Positions 49,521 to 59,461 of a stretch of 64,000 nucleotides of DNA are shown in pieces. The notes beneath the pieces were generated by a model. That model was not told the DNA's origin and made no database searches. It saw only the letters and a program-made list of their open reading frames with translations. Position numbers and translations under genes: made by a program. The stretch lies in NCBI GenBank assembly GCA_028286685.1, contig JAQBRA010000002.1, positions 65,073-129,072 on the forward strand, given 5' to 3'. Within the stretch, counting starts at the first letter, position 1; every line of letters starts with the position of its first letter. The DNA comes from Candidatus Adlerbacteria bacterium (lineage in GTDB: Bacteria > Patescibacteriota > Minisyncoccia > Phycocordibacterales > SBAW01).

Positions 49521-49979
49521 TTACCGAGCCTGGGTACGGACAGAACCGCCGGCCGGAGCCGCCATGCCAGCCGGGCGGATTTGGACCGACTGGGCGGTCA
49601 CGCTGCCGTCGCCGTTGGCGCTGCCGGTTACCGTGACCATGGTGCCGATTGAAAGGTCATCCGCGCTTCCCTCTGCCTGCTTGAGCACTTGGGTCGAGCC
49701 GCCTATCAGTACAAGCTTGGTGCTGCCGTCCTGCATTTTGACCGTTACGCCATTTGCATCCTTGGACAGTATCTCGCCCGCAACAAGTCCGCCGCCGCGC
49801 ACCATAGTTGTCCCTCCCGCGCCGCGCATCATAAATTGCGCATTGCCGCCTGCGGCTGAAAAGCCGCTGCGCATCGTCGAGGCGCTTTTGGCATAGCTCA
49901 TGCCGCCCCAAAAGCTCGCACTGAGGAGCACTACTGCCGCGACTGCGCCCCCTATCATCTGATTCTTCGTTATATGCAT
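49521..49979 (-). CDS. hypothetical exported protein (G/A-rich)
   Basis: N-terminal TM/signal segment. Confidence 0.35.
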   Translation of the reverse strand: MHITKNQMIGGAVAAVVLLSASFWGGMSYAKSASTMRSGFSAAGGNAQFMMRGAGGTTMVRGGGLVAGEILSKDANGVTVKMQDGSTKLVLIGGSTQVLKQAEGSADDLSIGTMVTVTGSANGDGSVTAQSVQIRPAGMAAPAGGSVRTQAR

Positions 49980-50012
49980 ATGCGTTATTTCTAACTTCTA
50001 GTAGTAATGCTG

Positions 50013-51242
50013 TTACTCGTACCGCAGCGCCTCAATGGGGTTGAGCCCCGCTGCGCGCCGCGCCGGATACCATCCGAACACGATGCCGATAATCGCCGAG
50101 GTACAAAACGCCAGTGCCACTGCGGTGAGCGACAGGCTGGTCGATATGAGTCCGCTCTGGTTGACGCCCCACGATATCGCCGCACCAAGCGCAATGCCCA
50201 CCACGCCGCCTATGACCGTCAGCGCCATGGCCTCGACTAGGAACTGGCGGCTTATGTCGGAGCGGCGCGCACCTATGGCTTTGCGCAGGCCTATCTCGCG
50301 GGTGCGCTCGGTCACCGTCGTGAGCATCATATTCATGATGCCGATGCCGCCGACCAAAAGCGATATCCCGGCGATAGCGCCCAAAAGAAGGGTCAGCGTT
50401 GCGGTAATGGACGAGGCGCTCGAGAGTATATCGGCCTGGTTGAGCACGCTGAAGTCAGCCGCCGAGGAGTCGCTGATGCGATGTCGTTCAAGCAGGAGCG
50501 CGGTGATATCGGCCTGCACCCCAGTCATCACATCGGACGAGGCAGCCTGTACGTCGATAGTCGTCAAATATTTATCGCCCGCAAGATAGCGGCTGGCCGG
50601 CTGCTGCGGGATATAGATGATGTCGTCCTGGTTTTGGAATCCGCTCCCGCCCTTTGCCGCCGTAATGCCGATCACCTTGAACTCCATGCCCTTGATGCGG
50701 ATCGCAGAGCCTATGACATCGGCAGCGAGCGCTTCTTCGCCGAAGAGATCGGCCATAGTGGTAGGCCCTAGGACCGCTACCTTTGCCGCAGAGGCATCCT
50801 GGCTCTCGCTGAAAAACGAGCCCTCGGCCACAGCCAGGTTTCGTATCTCCGGATAGGAAGCAGTGACGCCGTTAACCGTCGTATTAGTATTGGTGCCTTT
50901 GGCGGTTATCTGATAGCGGCCCGATACTTCGCCGGCAACGCCTAACACTCCCTCAAGGCTCGCGATCGTTTCGGCGTCGGCTACCGTCAGCGTCTTAGCG
51001 CCGCCGCGACCGCCCGAGGCACTGAAGCCCTGCGTACGGGCTGCGCCGGGAGAAATAAGCAGCAGGTTGGAGCCCAGGGACTCGATGCTCGACTGTATGG
51101 AAGAGGTCGCGCCCTGCCCGATGGAGACAAGCGCAATGACGGAGGAAATGCCGATAACGATGCCAAGCATCGTGAGTCCCGAGCGGGTCTTGTTTGCCGA
51201 AAGGGCGGCGTATGTTTCCTGGAGGGTATCGTTGAAAGTCAT
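50013..51242 (-). CDS. ABC transporter permease, MacB/FtsX family
   Basis: An N-terminal TM, a large periplasmic domain and three C-terminal TM helices. Confidence 0.85.
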   Translation of the reverse strand: MTFNDTLQETYAALSANKTRSGLTMLGIVIGISSVIALVSIGQGATSSIQSSIESLGSNLLLISPGAARTQGFSASGGRGGAKTLTVADAETIASLEGVLGVAGEVSGRYQITAKGTNTNTTVNGVTASYPEIRNLAVAEGSFFSESQDASAAKVAVLGPTTMADLFGEEALAADVIGSAIRIKGMEFKVIGITAAKGGSGFQNQDDIIYIPQQPASRYLAGDKYLTTIDVQAASSDVMTGVQADITALLLERHRISDSSAADFSVLNQADILSSASSITATLTLLLGAIAGISLLVGGIGIMNMMLTTVTERTREIGLRKAIGARRSDISRQFLVEAMALTVIGGVVGIALGAAISWGVNQSGLISTSLSLTAVALAFCTSAIIGIVFGWYPARRAAGLNPIEALRYE

Positions 51243-51315
51243 AAGCTTCTAGAAAAAGTTCCTGAAAAAAGTCCTCGGGTCTCCCGTATCGCGCTCGGCG
51301 CGCTCTCGGGCCAGA

Positions 51316-52020
51316 CTATTTTTCATAAACTTTTTCTCTGCGCGATTTCTCGTCGGATACGATAACTCCGTCGCGGATCGTAATGACGCGGTCGGCATGC
51401 GCCGCCACATCCGGCTCGTGGGTAATGAGAATAATAGTGCGGCCGTGCTCGCGGTTGAGCGTTTGGAACGTGCCGAGCACGATCTCGCCGGTCTTGGTGT
51501 CGAGATTGCCGGTCGGCTCATCGGCCAGAATGAGCGTCGGGTCGTTGACTAGCGCCCGCGCTATGGCCACGCGCTGGATCTGCCCGCCGGAGAGCTCATT
51601 GCTCTTGTGTAGAAAATGGGTCTTGACCATGCCTGCCGCCTCAAGGGAACGCTCGGCGCGCCGCTGCCGCTCCCCTTCCTCTACCCCGGCGTACATCAGC
51701 GGCAGCATGACGTTGCGCAGCACGGTCGTGCGCGGCAGCAGGTTAAACGCCTGGAACACGAAGCCGATGTGGTCTTTGCGGATATCGGCAAGCGCTTCGT
51801 CGTCGAGCGTCGACACGTCTTTGCCGTCGAGGAGGTACGCGCCGGATGTCGGCGTATCGAGGCACCCCAATATGTGCATGAGGGTCGACTTGCCCGAGCC
51901 CGACGGGCCCATGATGGCGACGAATTCTCCGTCTTCGATTCGGAATGAGACTCCCTTAAGCGCCTGGAATGCGGTCTCGCCCTGCCCGTATGTCTTGGTT
52001 ATGTCCTTAATTTCAATCAT
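51316..52020 (-). CDS. ABC transporter ATP-binding protein (MacB/LolD-like)
   Basis: [25 protein letters not shown] and [11 protein letters not shown]. Confidence 0.9.
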   Translation of the reverse strand: MIEIKDITKTYGQGETAFQALKGVSFRIEDGEFVAIMGPSGSGKSTLMHILGCLDTPTSGAYLLDGKDVSTLDDEALADIRKDHIGFVFQAFNLLPRTTVLRNVMLPLMYAGVEEGERQRRAERSLEAAGMVKTHFLHKSNELSGGQIQRVAIARALVNDPTLILADEPTGNLDTKTGEIVLGTFQTLNREHGRTIILITHEPDVAAHADRVITIRDGVIVSDEKSRREKVYEK

Positions 52021-52025
52021 GAAAT

Positions 52026-53729
52026 TTAGAAGGCCCGCATGACCGCTCCCGCCGGGGCCGTGCCGCCCACGCCGCCAGTGCGTACTCCGGTAGCGCCACT
52101 AGCAGATCTTGTGGCAGATGCAGTGGCGGCGCTTGAAGCGGCAATTGAGCGCACTACGATCTGGCGCCCCTCCTCCAAGCCGGAAACTATCTCAACATTC
52201 GCATCGTCGGAAATTCCAACCTCGACTTGAACCTGTACCGGAGCGACGGCGGAGGCGACTCCTTGCGAGCCGGCTGTAGCCGCACTCTCATCAAGGACCG
52301 GGTCAAAGACGAGCACGTAATTCTGGCCCTGCGATGTTTTAACCGCGCTTGCGGGCACCATGAGTACGTCGAGCGCCGTCTCAGTCTGGATATTCGCGTT
52401 GACCGTCATGCCTGGCTTGATGCGGCTATCCTGAGCGTCGAGCGCTATCTGCACGCCATAGGAAACGACCCCGGAGCTTACGGCGCCGATCGCATCAACT
52501 TCGACGACCGTGCCGGTAAGCGTCAGGTCTTCGAGCGCATCGAACGTGAGCGTCGCCTTCTGGCCTACCGCTACTTTGGCCGCATCAACTTCATTGAGAG
52601 ACACTTCGGCGATCTGGGACTTACTAATGAGCGTCGCCACTGCAGTGCCGCTGCTGCCGGCCTCCCCTACTTTGGCATCCACGGAAGCTATTACGCCGCT
52701 AAACGGCGCATATACGGAGTAGTCGGCGAGCGCTTCGCGCTTCTGAGCAACTTCTAGCGCCTGCGAGCGGCGATCCAGATCGTCCGGACCATCCTTTATG
52801 TCACCAAGCGCATCCTGCGCCTTGGTCAAAGCTCGCTTGCTTGCAGTAATAGATGCCTGCGCCGAGGAAAGCGCCGAGACGATGCCGTTTGCCGTCCCCG
52901 TGAGCTCGGTTACAGAAGCGTAGGCTTCATCAGCAGCGGAATTGCCGTCATGACTGCGCATATACACGACTGCATCCTGAGAATATTTGGCGGCCGAAGA
53001 CACTGCTGAAGCTGCCTCGTATGACTGATTAAGCAGTGTATCAATCTCAGACTCTGAAGCGGCGAGCGGCACCGACCGGTAACTCTTTACAAGGGCACTG
53101 AGGAGCAGGTCTGCTTCGTACCAGGCGTCCCGCGCGCGATCACGGTATTCCTTCTCTGTCGGAGTAAGGCTGTAGTTTTGTATAGATAGATACCCAGTTC
53201 TGGCAAACAGGTCGTTGAGGCCTGTCAGAACATCCGGCATGTCGGTCGACGCCTTGGTGAGGGTTGCCCGAGCTGACACATAAGACGCCTCGACATTTTC
53301 CCCTGCTTCGTCTGCGGATGTCTGTGCATCACGCAGATCGCCCGAATCCACCGTCACCAGCTTTTCGTACTCAAGCTGCGCGGTCTCAAGAGCGTCGGCC
53401 GCGTCTCCCGCGTCGAGCCGCACCAGCAGCTGGCCTGCCTTTACTTCCTGGCCGGCCTTAACTCCGACATAGGTCACCTTGCCCGACGCCCCAGGCTTTA
53501 GATCTACTTGGTTGGATGCGGATACCTGACCGGAAGCCGACAAGGAGGAAACGATCGTCCCCCGCTCGACCGTACCCAGCACATAGCGCGTCTCAATGCT
53601 TGCCGCCGTTGCCTTGCCGAAGACATACCATCCTCCCGCAAGCAGCAAGACAGCTGCCACGAGGCTTATGGCCCTGTGCGCGGATACATATGTCCCAAGT
53701 GCGGAGAAAAATCGAGCAAGCGTATTCAT
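52026..53729 (-). CDS. HlyD/MacA-family periplasmic adaptor subunit with a long S/A/G-rich C-terminal tail
   Basis: N-terminal TM, coiled-coil hairpin and barrel-sandwich motifs. Operonic with the ABC ATPase and permease. Confidence 0.7.
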   Translation of the reverse strand: MNTLARFFSALGTYVSAHRAISLVAAVLLLAGGWYVFGKATAASIETRYVLGTVERGTIVSSLSASGQVSASNQVDLKPGASGKVTYVGVKAGQEVKAGQLLVRLDAGDAADALETAQLEYEKLVTVDSGDLRDAQTSADEAGENVEASYVSARATLTKASTDMPDVLTGLNDLFARTGYLSIQNYSLTPTEKEYRDRARDAWYEADLLLSALVKSYRSVPLAASESEIDTLLNQSYEAASAVSSAAKYSQDAVVYMRSHDGNSAADEAYASVTELTGTANGIVSALSSAQASITASKRALTKAQDALGDIKDGPDDLDRRSQALEVAQKREALADYSVYAPFSGVIASVDAKVGEAGSSGTAVATLISKSQIAEVSLNEVDAAKVAVGQKATLTFDALEDLTLTGTVVEVDAIGAVSSGVVSYGVQIALDAQDSRIKPGMTVNANIQTETALDVLMVPASAVKTSQGQNYVLVFDPVLDESAATAGSQGVASAVAPVQVQVEVGISDDANVEIVSGLEEGRQIVVRSIAASSAATASATRSASGATGVRTGGVGGTAPAGAVMRAF

Positions 53730-53853
53730 GTGGCTATGGTATTTAAAGAATAAAATGAGTGAGACGGCAAAAACGGACGACAGTACTCCATTACAAGCAT
53801 TTCAGCTTACCTGGCTACTAGTACACCCCTCGCAAGCCATTTATTTCATATAT

Positions 53854-54279
53854 TTACCAAAACAGAACCAAGGCCAGTATGGCCGCTCCGACCCACGATG
53901 CGGCAGAAACCGCGCCGCTCAGCATCAGCGGGATTTTTTGCTTTTTCGTCAGCGAGGCAAACGAGCCCCGGGTCGGCAAGTGCATGAGCTTCTCTATAAC
54001 GAATGCGTTGATTACCAAGGCTCCGACGAACGCCATCTTCATCCAAAAGAGCGGCTGCCCGAGCAAGTAATCGCGCATCGGCCAGAAAAGTATGAGGCCA
54101 GTCAGGATAATGAGCGAGAGGGCTACCGACACTACATGATGCGCCCTGAGAATGTGCTGGTGCAGCAGCACATCTTTTTTGCCACGCAGCCAAGCCAGCG
54201 CCTGCGAATCCGCATAGAGCATGCCCAGCGCCGCAAGCGCGAGACCGGCTATATGGATATACAGAATTAGGTCATCCAT
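53854..54279 (-). CDS. hypothetical membrane protein
   Basis: Four TM helices. Confidence 0.35.
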   Translation of the reverse strand: MDDLILYIHIAGLALAALGMLYADSQALAWLRGKKDVLLHQHILRAHHVVSVALSLIILTGLILFWPMRDYLLGQPLFWMKMAFVGALVINAFVIEKLMHLPTRGSFASLTKKQKIPLMLSGAVSAASWVGAAILALVLFW

Positions 54280-54284
54280 ACCAA

Positions 54285-54731
54285 TTATTGGGCGAGCGCT
54301 GCCAGATAAAAGCTTGCGAGCTCAGACTCGGGGCGGCGCTCGCCACCATGCTGGCCGTTGAAGGCCGCAGAGCCGTCGCGCCCACACATCGACAGTATGG
54401 CTGACTTGCCGCCCGGATGCTGATTTATCCAAGAGGTAAGGTCGTACACCTTGCCATTGACGACGCTCCAGCAGCTTGCGGCGGAGTTATGTGTTGCGAC
54501 CGCCGCCATGGTGTAGGGCGACGCGGTCGGTGTTTGAACTGGGGCCTTAGCCGGCGCTGTCGGCTTTGTTGTGGAATCGGGCGCGGAAGAAGTCGGGACG
54601 GAGGACTTCGGAACCGGGATTGCCGCCTGCGGCGCATCCGCCAGGGACATCTCCGGGGTGCGCATATAGAAGGCTGCCGAAAATACGACAATTGCAACGA
54701 AGCCTACAAGGCCCAAAATTTTAGTACTCAT
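54285..54731 (-). CDS. membrane-anchored cytochrome b5-like heme-binding domain protein
   Basis: N-terminal TM helix, a P/T-rich linker, and YTMAAVATHNSAASCWSVVNGKVYDLTSWINQHPGG. Confidence 0.55.
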   Translation of the reverse strand: MSTKILGLVGFVAIVVFSAAFYMRTPEMSLADAPQAAIPVPKSSVPTSSAPDSTTKPTAPAKAPVQTPTASPYTMAAVATHNSAASCWSVVNGKVYDLTSWINQHPGGKSAILSMCGRDGSAAFNGQHGGERRPESELASFYLAALAQ

Positions 54732-54765
54732 ACTTCCTTAATACAAACCAAGAAAGGTTATTATT

Positions 54766-55512
54766 TCAATTTTCTATCTCCTGCGTCTCCGGCGCATGGG
54801 ATGGCACCTTGCGCACACCAAAAGCGCGTATAACCACATCGTCCTCATCGTTATCCTTGTCTCCATCGCCCGCAATAAGGACGGTGTCCCCTACCACAAG
54901 CCCCGAAGTAGTCGCTCGAAGATCATTTAGGGGCAGAATGACGGTTACGAGCGAACCGCTGCGCACGTCTTTAACCTGCAACATGTTTTTATCTATGTTC
55001 AAAATACTGCATACACATATACCATTCCTAGGCGGCGGCATACGGCGAACCTGTCCATAGAATATGTTTGCGGGCCGGAATAGCTCGTCCCTGTCGGAGC
55101 GGCGCAAGAGCTCGTCGTTGAACCCTGTTCCCCGATCAAGTAAAAATCCAAAAACAAGCGTGCCAAGCACAAGACCCGCAAGTACATATGCCACAGGAAT
55201 CCGATAGCCAAAGCGGAATTCCCGTATTAGCCATTGAAGCGCGAAAACGAGAGCAGTATCGATAAGCAGAAGCACCCAAGGAAAGAACGCCAAAAACGCG
55301 AACACGCCGCGCGGGCCGAATCCAATAAGCGTTCCCTGGCTGTTGATGCGGATGCTAAAGAGGATGAAATTGAGTATGAAAACCGAAACCACCAGTATTG
55401 CAGCAGCTATTGCCGACAAGGCTGCCACCTTGAGCACGAAGTAGTACCGCGGGCGCATGGATACCTGGCCGTCGCGTATTTTTTTCAGTAAATTCTCTTT
55501 TAGATTATCCAT
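54766..55512 (-). CDS. membrane protein downstream of, and overlapping, the ECF sigma gene (putative anti-sigma factor)
   Basis: An 8-nt overlap with the sigma gene, and multiple TM helices. Confidence 0.4.
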   Translation of the reverse strand: MDNLKENLLKKIRDGQVSMRPRYYFVLKVAALSAIAAAILVVSVFILNFILFSIRINSQGTLIGFGPRGVFAFLAFFPWVLLLIDTALVFALQWLIREFRFGYRIPVAYVLAGLVLGTLVFGFLLDRGTGFNDELLRRSDRDELFRPANIFYGQVRRMPPPRNGICVCSILNIDKNMLQVKDVRSGSLVTVILPLNDLRATTSGLVVGDTVLIAGDGDKDNDEDDVVIRAFGVRKVPSHAPETQEIEN

Positions 55513-56059
55513 AAGATTTTTCCAGCTTTTCGTACTCCTTCCTGAGCGCCTCTTTCGCCCGCCTGAGCCTGATCCCCACCGTGCCCTGCGGCACCTGGAG
55601 GATGTCTGCTATGTCCTTATAAGAAAGCTCTTCTAGGTAGTAGAGTATCAGCACTTCGCGGTACTTATAGTCGAGGCCGTCGAGCGACTTCCCGAGCATC
55701 GCTTTTATTTCTTCCTGCTCGCGCTCGCGCGGCGCAGGATCGTCGTAAGCCGGATGCGCCAAAAACGTATCAAAGTCGACATACACCAGAGGGTTGCGCG
55801 ACTTGCGGCGCAGGCCGTTTACGAACGCGTTGTGCGCAATACGGTATATCCAGGGACTGAACTTCTGCGAAGCATCGAAGCTTTGGATGTTCTGGTACGC
55901 GCTCACGAACACGTCCTGCACGATATCCTCTATGTCCTCGCGCGCGGACAGGAACTTGCGCCCATAGCGCAGGAGTTTAGCCTCGTATTGTTCCACCAAA
56001 GGGCCGAACATGTCGGGATTGCCCGCCTGCACCGCTTTTGCGAGCTCTTCGTCGGTCAT
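55505..56059 (-). CDS. RNA polymerase sigma-70 factor, ECF subfamily
   Basis: Region 2 (FSPWIYRIAHNAFVNGLRRK) and region 4 (ILYYLEELSYKDIADILQVPQGTVGIRLRRAKEALR). Confidence 0.85.
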   Translation of the reverse strand: MTDEELAKAVQAGNPDMFGPLVEQYEAKLLRYGRKFLSAREDIEDIVQDVFVSAYQNIQSFDASQKFSPWIYRIAHNAFVNGLRRKSRNPLVYVDFDTFLAHPAYDDPAPREREQEEIKAMLGKSLDGLDYKYREVLILYYLEELSYKDIADILQVPQGTVGIRLRRAKEALRKEYEKLEKSYG

Positions 56060-56148
56060 CCCTTAATAATACAACCCAGCTGCCCGGTTTATTTCATACA
56101 GGCTACAGGCCCCGCAAAGGGGCCTGTAGTGCCTATGGACTGCTTCGG

Positions 56149-56577
56149 TTACTGCACCCGGGGTGTCCCGCGGCCGTGCCGACCAGTCTCGGTTGCGGTA
56201 ACTGCGTAGTTTTGGTCGAACTTTACCGTGACGCGGCTGCCGTCTGCCTTAGTCATGTGAGCCTCGTAAGCAGCGCCCTCGGCGTCGTTCTCGACTCGCT
56301 CGACTGTGCCTCCGGGGACTGCCGCCAAGGCCGCTGCAGTGACTCGAGCCGCGGCGTCGCCGGTCAATAGTTCCTCTTTGATGCCATTGTGCCCGACGTG
56401 GCCCCCCATATGCGGACTGCGTTGCGACTGAGCCGATGCGGAGGTATCGGTCGTTGTAGTGACCGCCGTGGCCGCATCGACTGTCTGCGCGCTTGCGAGA
56501 GTCGCCATGCCTGCCCCGCCCCCAAGCGCCGCGAGGGCGCCTAGGGCAAGGAGGGATTTAGTCAGTGTGCTTTTCAT
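56149..56577 (-). CDS. secreted PepSY-like domain protein
   Basis: Signal peptide and a C-terminal VERVENDAEGAAYEAHMTKADGSRVTVKFDQNYAV segment. Confidence 0.45.
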   Translation of the reverse strand: MKSTLTKSLLALGALAALGGGAGMATLASAQTVDAATAVTTTTDTSASAQSQRSPHMGGHVGHNGIKEELLTGDAAARVTAAALAAVPGGTVERVENDAEGAAYEAHMTKADGSRVTVKFDQNYAVTATETGRHGRGTPRVQ

Positions 56578-56691
56578 GTATGCGTTGGTGTTAGGAATTA
56601 ATGCCGGCGAGGGTCGGATCTTTCCTTCCCTCACCTATTACTACACCCGCCTTACAGCGATTATTTCACCTTTACAAAGGCTCTTTTTATT

Positions 56692-58854
56692 TTATTGCGA
56701 TGCAACGACGCGCACCGTGCCTATGTTGTCGAAGCGCTTATTGAGCAGGCCGTCGGCATTGTTGAGCACTACGACAGACACCGCATAATCGCCGGGCGAC
56801 AGGGTCGCAGGCACTCTGAGGCTGAAGGACTTTTGCGAGTCGTGGAGTATATCGGCATTTGTCCTGCTCTCTGCCGCAACTGCGCCGCCGCTGTTTATAA
56901 GCTGCACGCGTACCGATACATTGTTGGCATTATCGCCCTGGCTTATGAGCGAGGCGCCGACCGAGGGCTGCTGGCCTTGCACTACATTCTGCTTGGGCAG
57001 ATCGGTAACTACAATCTGTACATTGCCGTTGCGGATGGGCGATTGTGCTGGGCCGGACGAGGGAGGAGGAGAGGCCGGCGGAGTCGAGGTAGGCGAAGGA
57101 GGGGGCGGGCTTTGCGGCTGGCCGCTTACGACCGAGAAGGCCGCCGCCTCGTTGTTCCAGACATAGAGCTTGGACCAATCGGGGCTGAATACTGCCGAGG
57201 TTATGCGGTACGTACCCGCCGCCGGAGGAGTCCAGGAAAGCGAGTAGCTTTTTATCTCCCCCGCCGCAAAGCTTTGCGCGCCGAAGAATTGCTGGAACTT
57301 CTTTTGCCCCGCGGAGTCGTACACCTCGACGTCGACCAGGGCAGACGCAGCCCCGCCCGTGGCTTTTGCCGAGGCGGTAAAGCCTACCGCCTGGCCGAGC
57401 GGAGATTGCGCCGGCGCCGAGGCGCTTGCAGTAAACGCGGCGGCCGCAGGCGGCGGAGTCGGCGTGCCTGAGGAAACAGCTACAGTGCCAGCGCTGCCGT
57501 TCCACGCATAGACCGGAGTCCATCCGGGCCCGAAGACCCCCACTTTTATCTGGTAGGTGCCGGGGGCGGACGGAGTCCACGATACGGAGTAGTTCTTGGT
57601 ACCGAGGGGGATGCTCTCATTTTCATAAAATTTTTGCAGTACGCGGGCGCCTGCCGAATCGTACACCTCGATATCGACCACAATGCCCTGCTCTGCCTGG
57701 CCGGTATTGGTAACCGACGCGCTGATGGTCGCGGCCGAGCCCGGAGCTACAGTAGCCGACTGCGCGCTTGCGGCAAGCGCATGCGGGCCGCTTGAGGCGG
57801 GAGGCGTCGAGGACGCGCCGCCGCTGAACCAGTTTTTCATTGTGATTTCCGCCGGTTTGTTTTGGGGCGAGTAATTGGTGTCTTGGCCGGAAGGGTTGGG
57901 CCGCGCGCTCCACTCCCACAAGTACACGCCGCTCAAGTACGGCGAATTGTTCCAGTAAGAAAAGAGCGCTTCATACGCGTTGTCCTGCTCCTGCAGGTTG
58001 ATGCCGTTATTTATATAGTAGTCACCCGGGTCCAGGTGCGCGCCGCCGGTCGACTTGTACCCTATCTCGCTGAACACGATACGCTTGCCGGTGCGCTGCG
58101 CGAGAGGCCCGAGATCGTTCTTGTCTACGGCCTCCCACGCCGCCTTAAAGGTCGCAACCGAGTTGTCGTTGTAATCGTTACCGAGCTTGAAGTACGCGTC
58201 GATGGCTATATAGTCGACCGCATCCCAAAAAGCGATGCGGTTCTTTTCGTCGTTCCATTGGCCCTTGGGGCCCCAGTTGGCCGCATATGACACCGTGCCG
58301 GAGTAGACCGAGCGCACATCGGCTATGATCTTACGCCAGCCGGGAGTATTGGCTGCACTGGCGTCGCCTGCCGACATCTTTATAAGCTCAGTGCCGACTA
58401 TGAGGCTTTCGGCGCCGTGCGCCTGCGCGAGCGAGGCGTAGCGCTTGATGGTGGCGCCATAGGAGGCAAACCAGGGCGCACGGTCGGCATCTATATTTGC
58501 GCGCCATTGCCCGTCTTGGGGATCAAGATGCGGCTTTAGCGTGACCGAAAGCCCGAGACTGTGTGCAAAATCTATCGCGCGGCCGATAGAGGCATCGCTC
58601 GGCGTCTGCCCCCCGGCGTAAATTTCGGAAGAATAGATATTGGCCTGGAAGATGGGCACCACCAAACTAACCGCATTAGCATGGTCGGCCTTAAGCTGCC
58701 GCAGCGACTGCTTGAATTCCTCGCTGTCAAAATCGGTCGACCACATGGGGGCGATATTGGCTCCCCGCTCGCCAGAGGCGATGCTGGCCCACGAGACGGA
58801 TGGGCAAACCAAAAGCGCGAACGCGCACAAAATAATGCCCGCATGTCGATACAT
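56692..58854 (-). CDS. secreted TIM-barrel glycoside hydrolase (GH5-like) with two tandem ~90-aa beta-sandwich repeats and a P/S-rich linker
   Basis: Signal peptide, FSEIGY and LWEW motifs, then two related modules (ATISASVTNTGQAEQGIVVDIEVYDSAG... and ALVDVEVYDSAGQKKFQQFF...). Confidence 0.55.
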   Translation of the reverse strand: MYRHAGIILCAFALLVCPSVSWASIASGERGANIAPMWSTDFDSEEFKQSLRQLKADHANAVSLVVPIFQANIYSSEIYAGGQTPSDASIGRAIDFAHSLGLSVTLKPHLDPQDGQWRANIDADRAPWFASYGATIKRYASLAQAHGAESLIVGTELIKMSAGDASAANTPGWRKIIADVRSVYSGTVSYAANWGPKGQWNDEKNRIAFWDAVDYIAIDAYFKLGNDYNDNSVATFKAAWEAVDKNDLGPLAQRTGKRIVFSEIGYKSTGGAHLDPGDYYINNGINLQEQDNAYEALFSYWNNSPYLSGVYLWEWSARPNPSGQDTNYSPQNKPAEITMKNWFSGGASSTPPASSGPHALAASAQSATVAPGSAATISASVTNTGQAEQGIVVDIEVYDSAGARVLQKFYENESIPLGTKNYSVSWTPSAPGTYQIKVGVFGPGWTPVYAWNGSAGTVAVSSGTPTPPPAAAAFTASASAPAQSPLGQAVGFTASAKATGGAASALVDVEVYDSAGQKKFQQFFGAQSFAAGEIKSYSLSWTPPAAGTYRITSAVFSPDWSKLYVWNNEAAAFSVVSGQPQSPPPPSPTSTPPASPPPSSGPAQSPIRNGNVQIVVTDLPKQNVVQGQQPSVGASLISQGDNANNVSVRVQLINSGGAVAAESRTNADILHDSQKSFSLRVPATLSPGDYAVSVVVLNNADGLLNKRFDNIGTVRVVASQ

Positions 58855-58896
58855 ACGGGCATTATCCTTGAATTCAGCTGAAGGAAGCTTGAAGTC

Positions 58897-59325
58897 CTAG
58901 AGCTTAAACCAGAGCCGGTCGAGCGAGTAGCGTCCCGCCCCTGAAACCAGAAGCGTCAGGCATGCGGCAAAGATAAGTACAATAAACTCGTAGCCGCCAC
59001 CGCCGACGAAGAAGCCATGGCTTGCATGTACCGTCAGGAATGCCATGAGCGCCACGAAACCGGTTACGAATGCAGAGAGTCGGGTAAGCGCTCCTAATAT
59101 GAGCAGGATGCCGCCGCCGAGCTCTGCCGCGATAAGCAGCACCGCGAAGACTTCCGGCATGGGAAAGCCGAGGCCGCCAAGGAAGCCGGTTACGCCCTCA
59201 ACGCCCATCTGGGTCAGCTTCTGGTAGCCATGCATAGCGAATACTGCGCCCAATGCCAGGCGCAAGACAAGAACTCCCGCGTCGCCCCAGCTTGCCGCCC
59301 AATGGAATGAAAGGAACTTGTGCAT
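58897..59325 (-). CDS. DoxX family membrane protein
   Basis: LRLALGAVFAMHGYQKL and four TM helices. Confidence 0.7.
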   Translation of the reverse strand: MHKFLSFHWAASWGDAGVLVLRLALGAVFAMHGYQKLTQMGVEGVTGFLGGLGFPMPEVFAVLLIAAELGGGILLILGALTRLSAFVTGFVALMAFLTVHASHGFFVGGGGYEFIVLIFAACLTLLVSGAGRYSLDRLWFKL

Positions 59326-59334
59326 GAATTAAAA

Positions 59335-59349
59335 ATCTAAGCTGCTAAT
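59335..59349. repeat. 15-mer ATCTAAGCTGCTAAT, identical to 16335-16349 upstream of lexA, at the same offset from a minus-strand start codon
   Basis: An exact match seen in the sequence. Confidence 0.4.
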
Positions 59350-59461
59350 GCCGTAAGTATAACCCGAGCGAGCGAGCGAAATAAAGCAAAGCTTTCTTTC
59401 CGAGCGAGCGACGGTTATATGAGCGCCGAGGCTCATATACCATTGTGCCGTTTGGGGCAGC

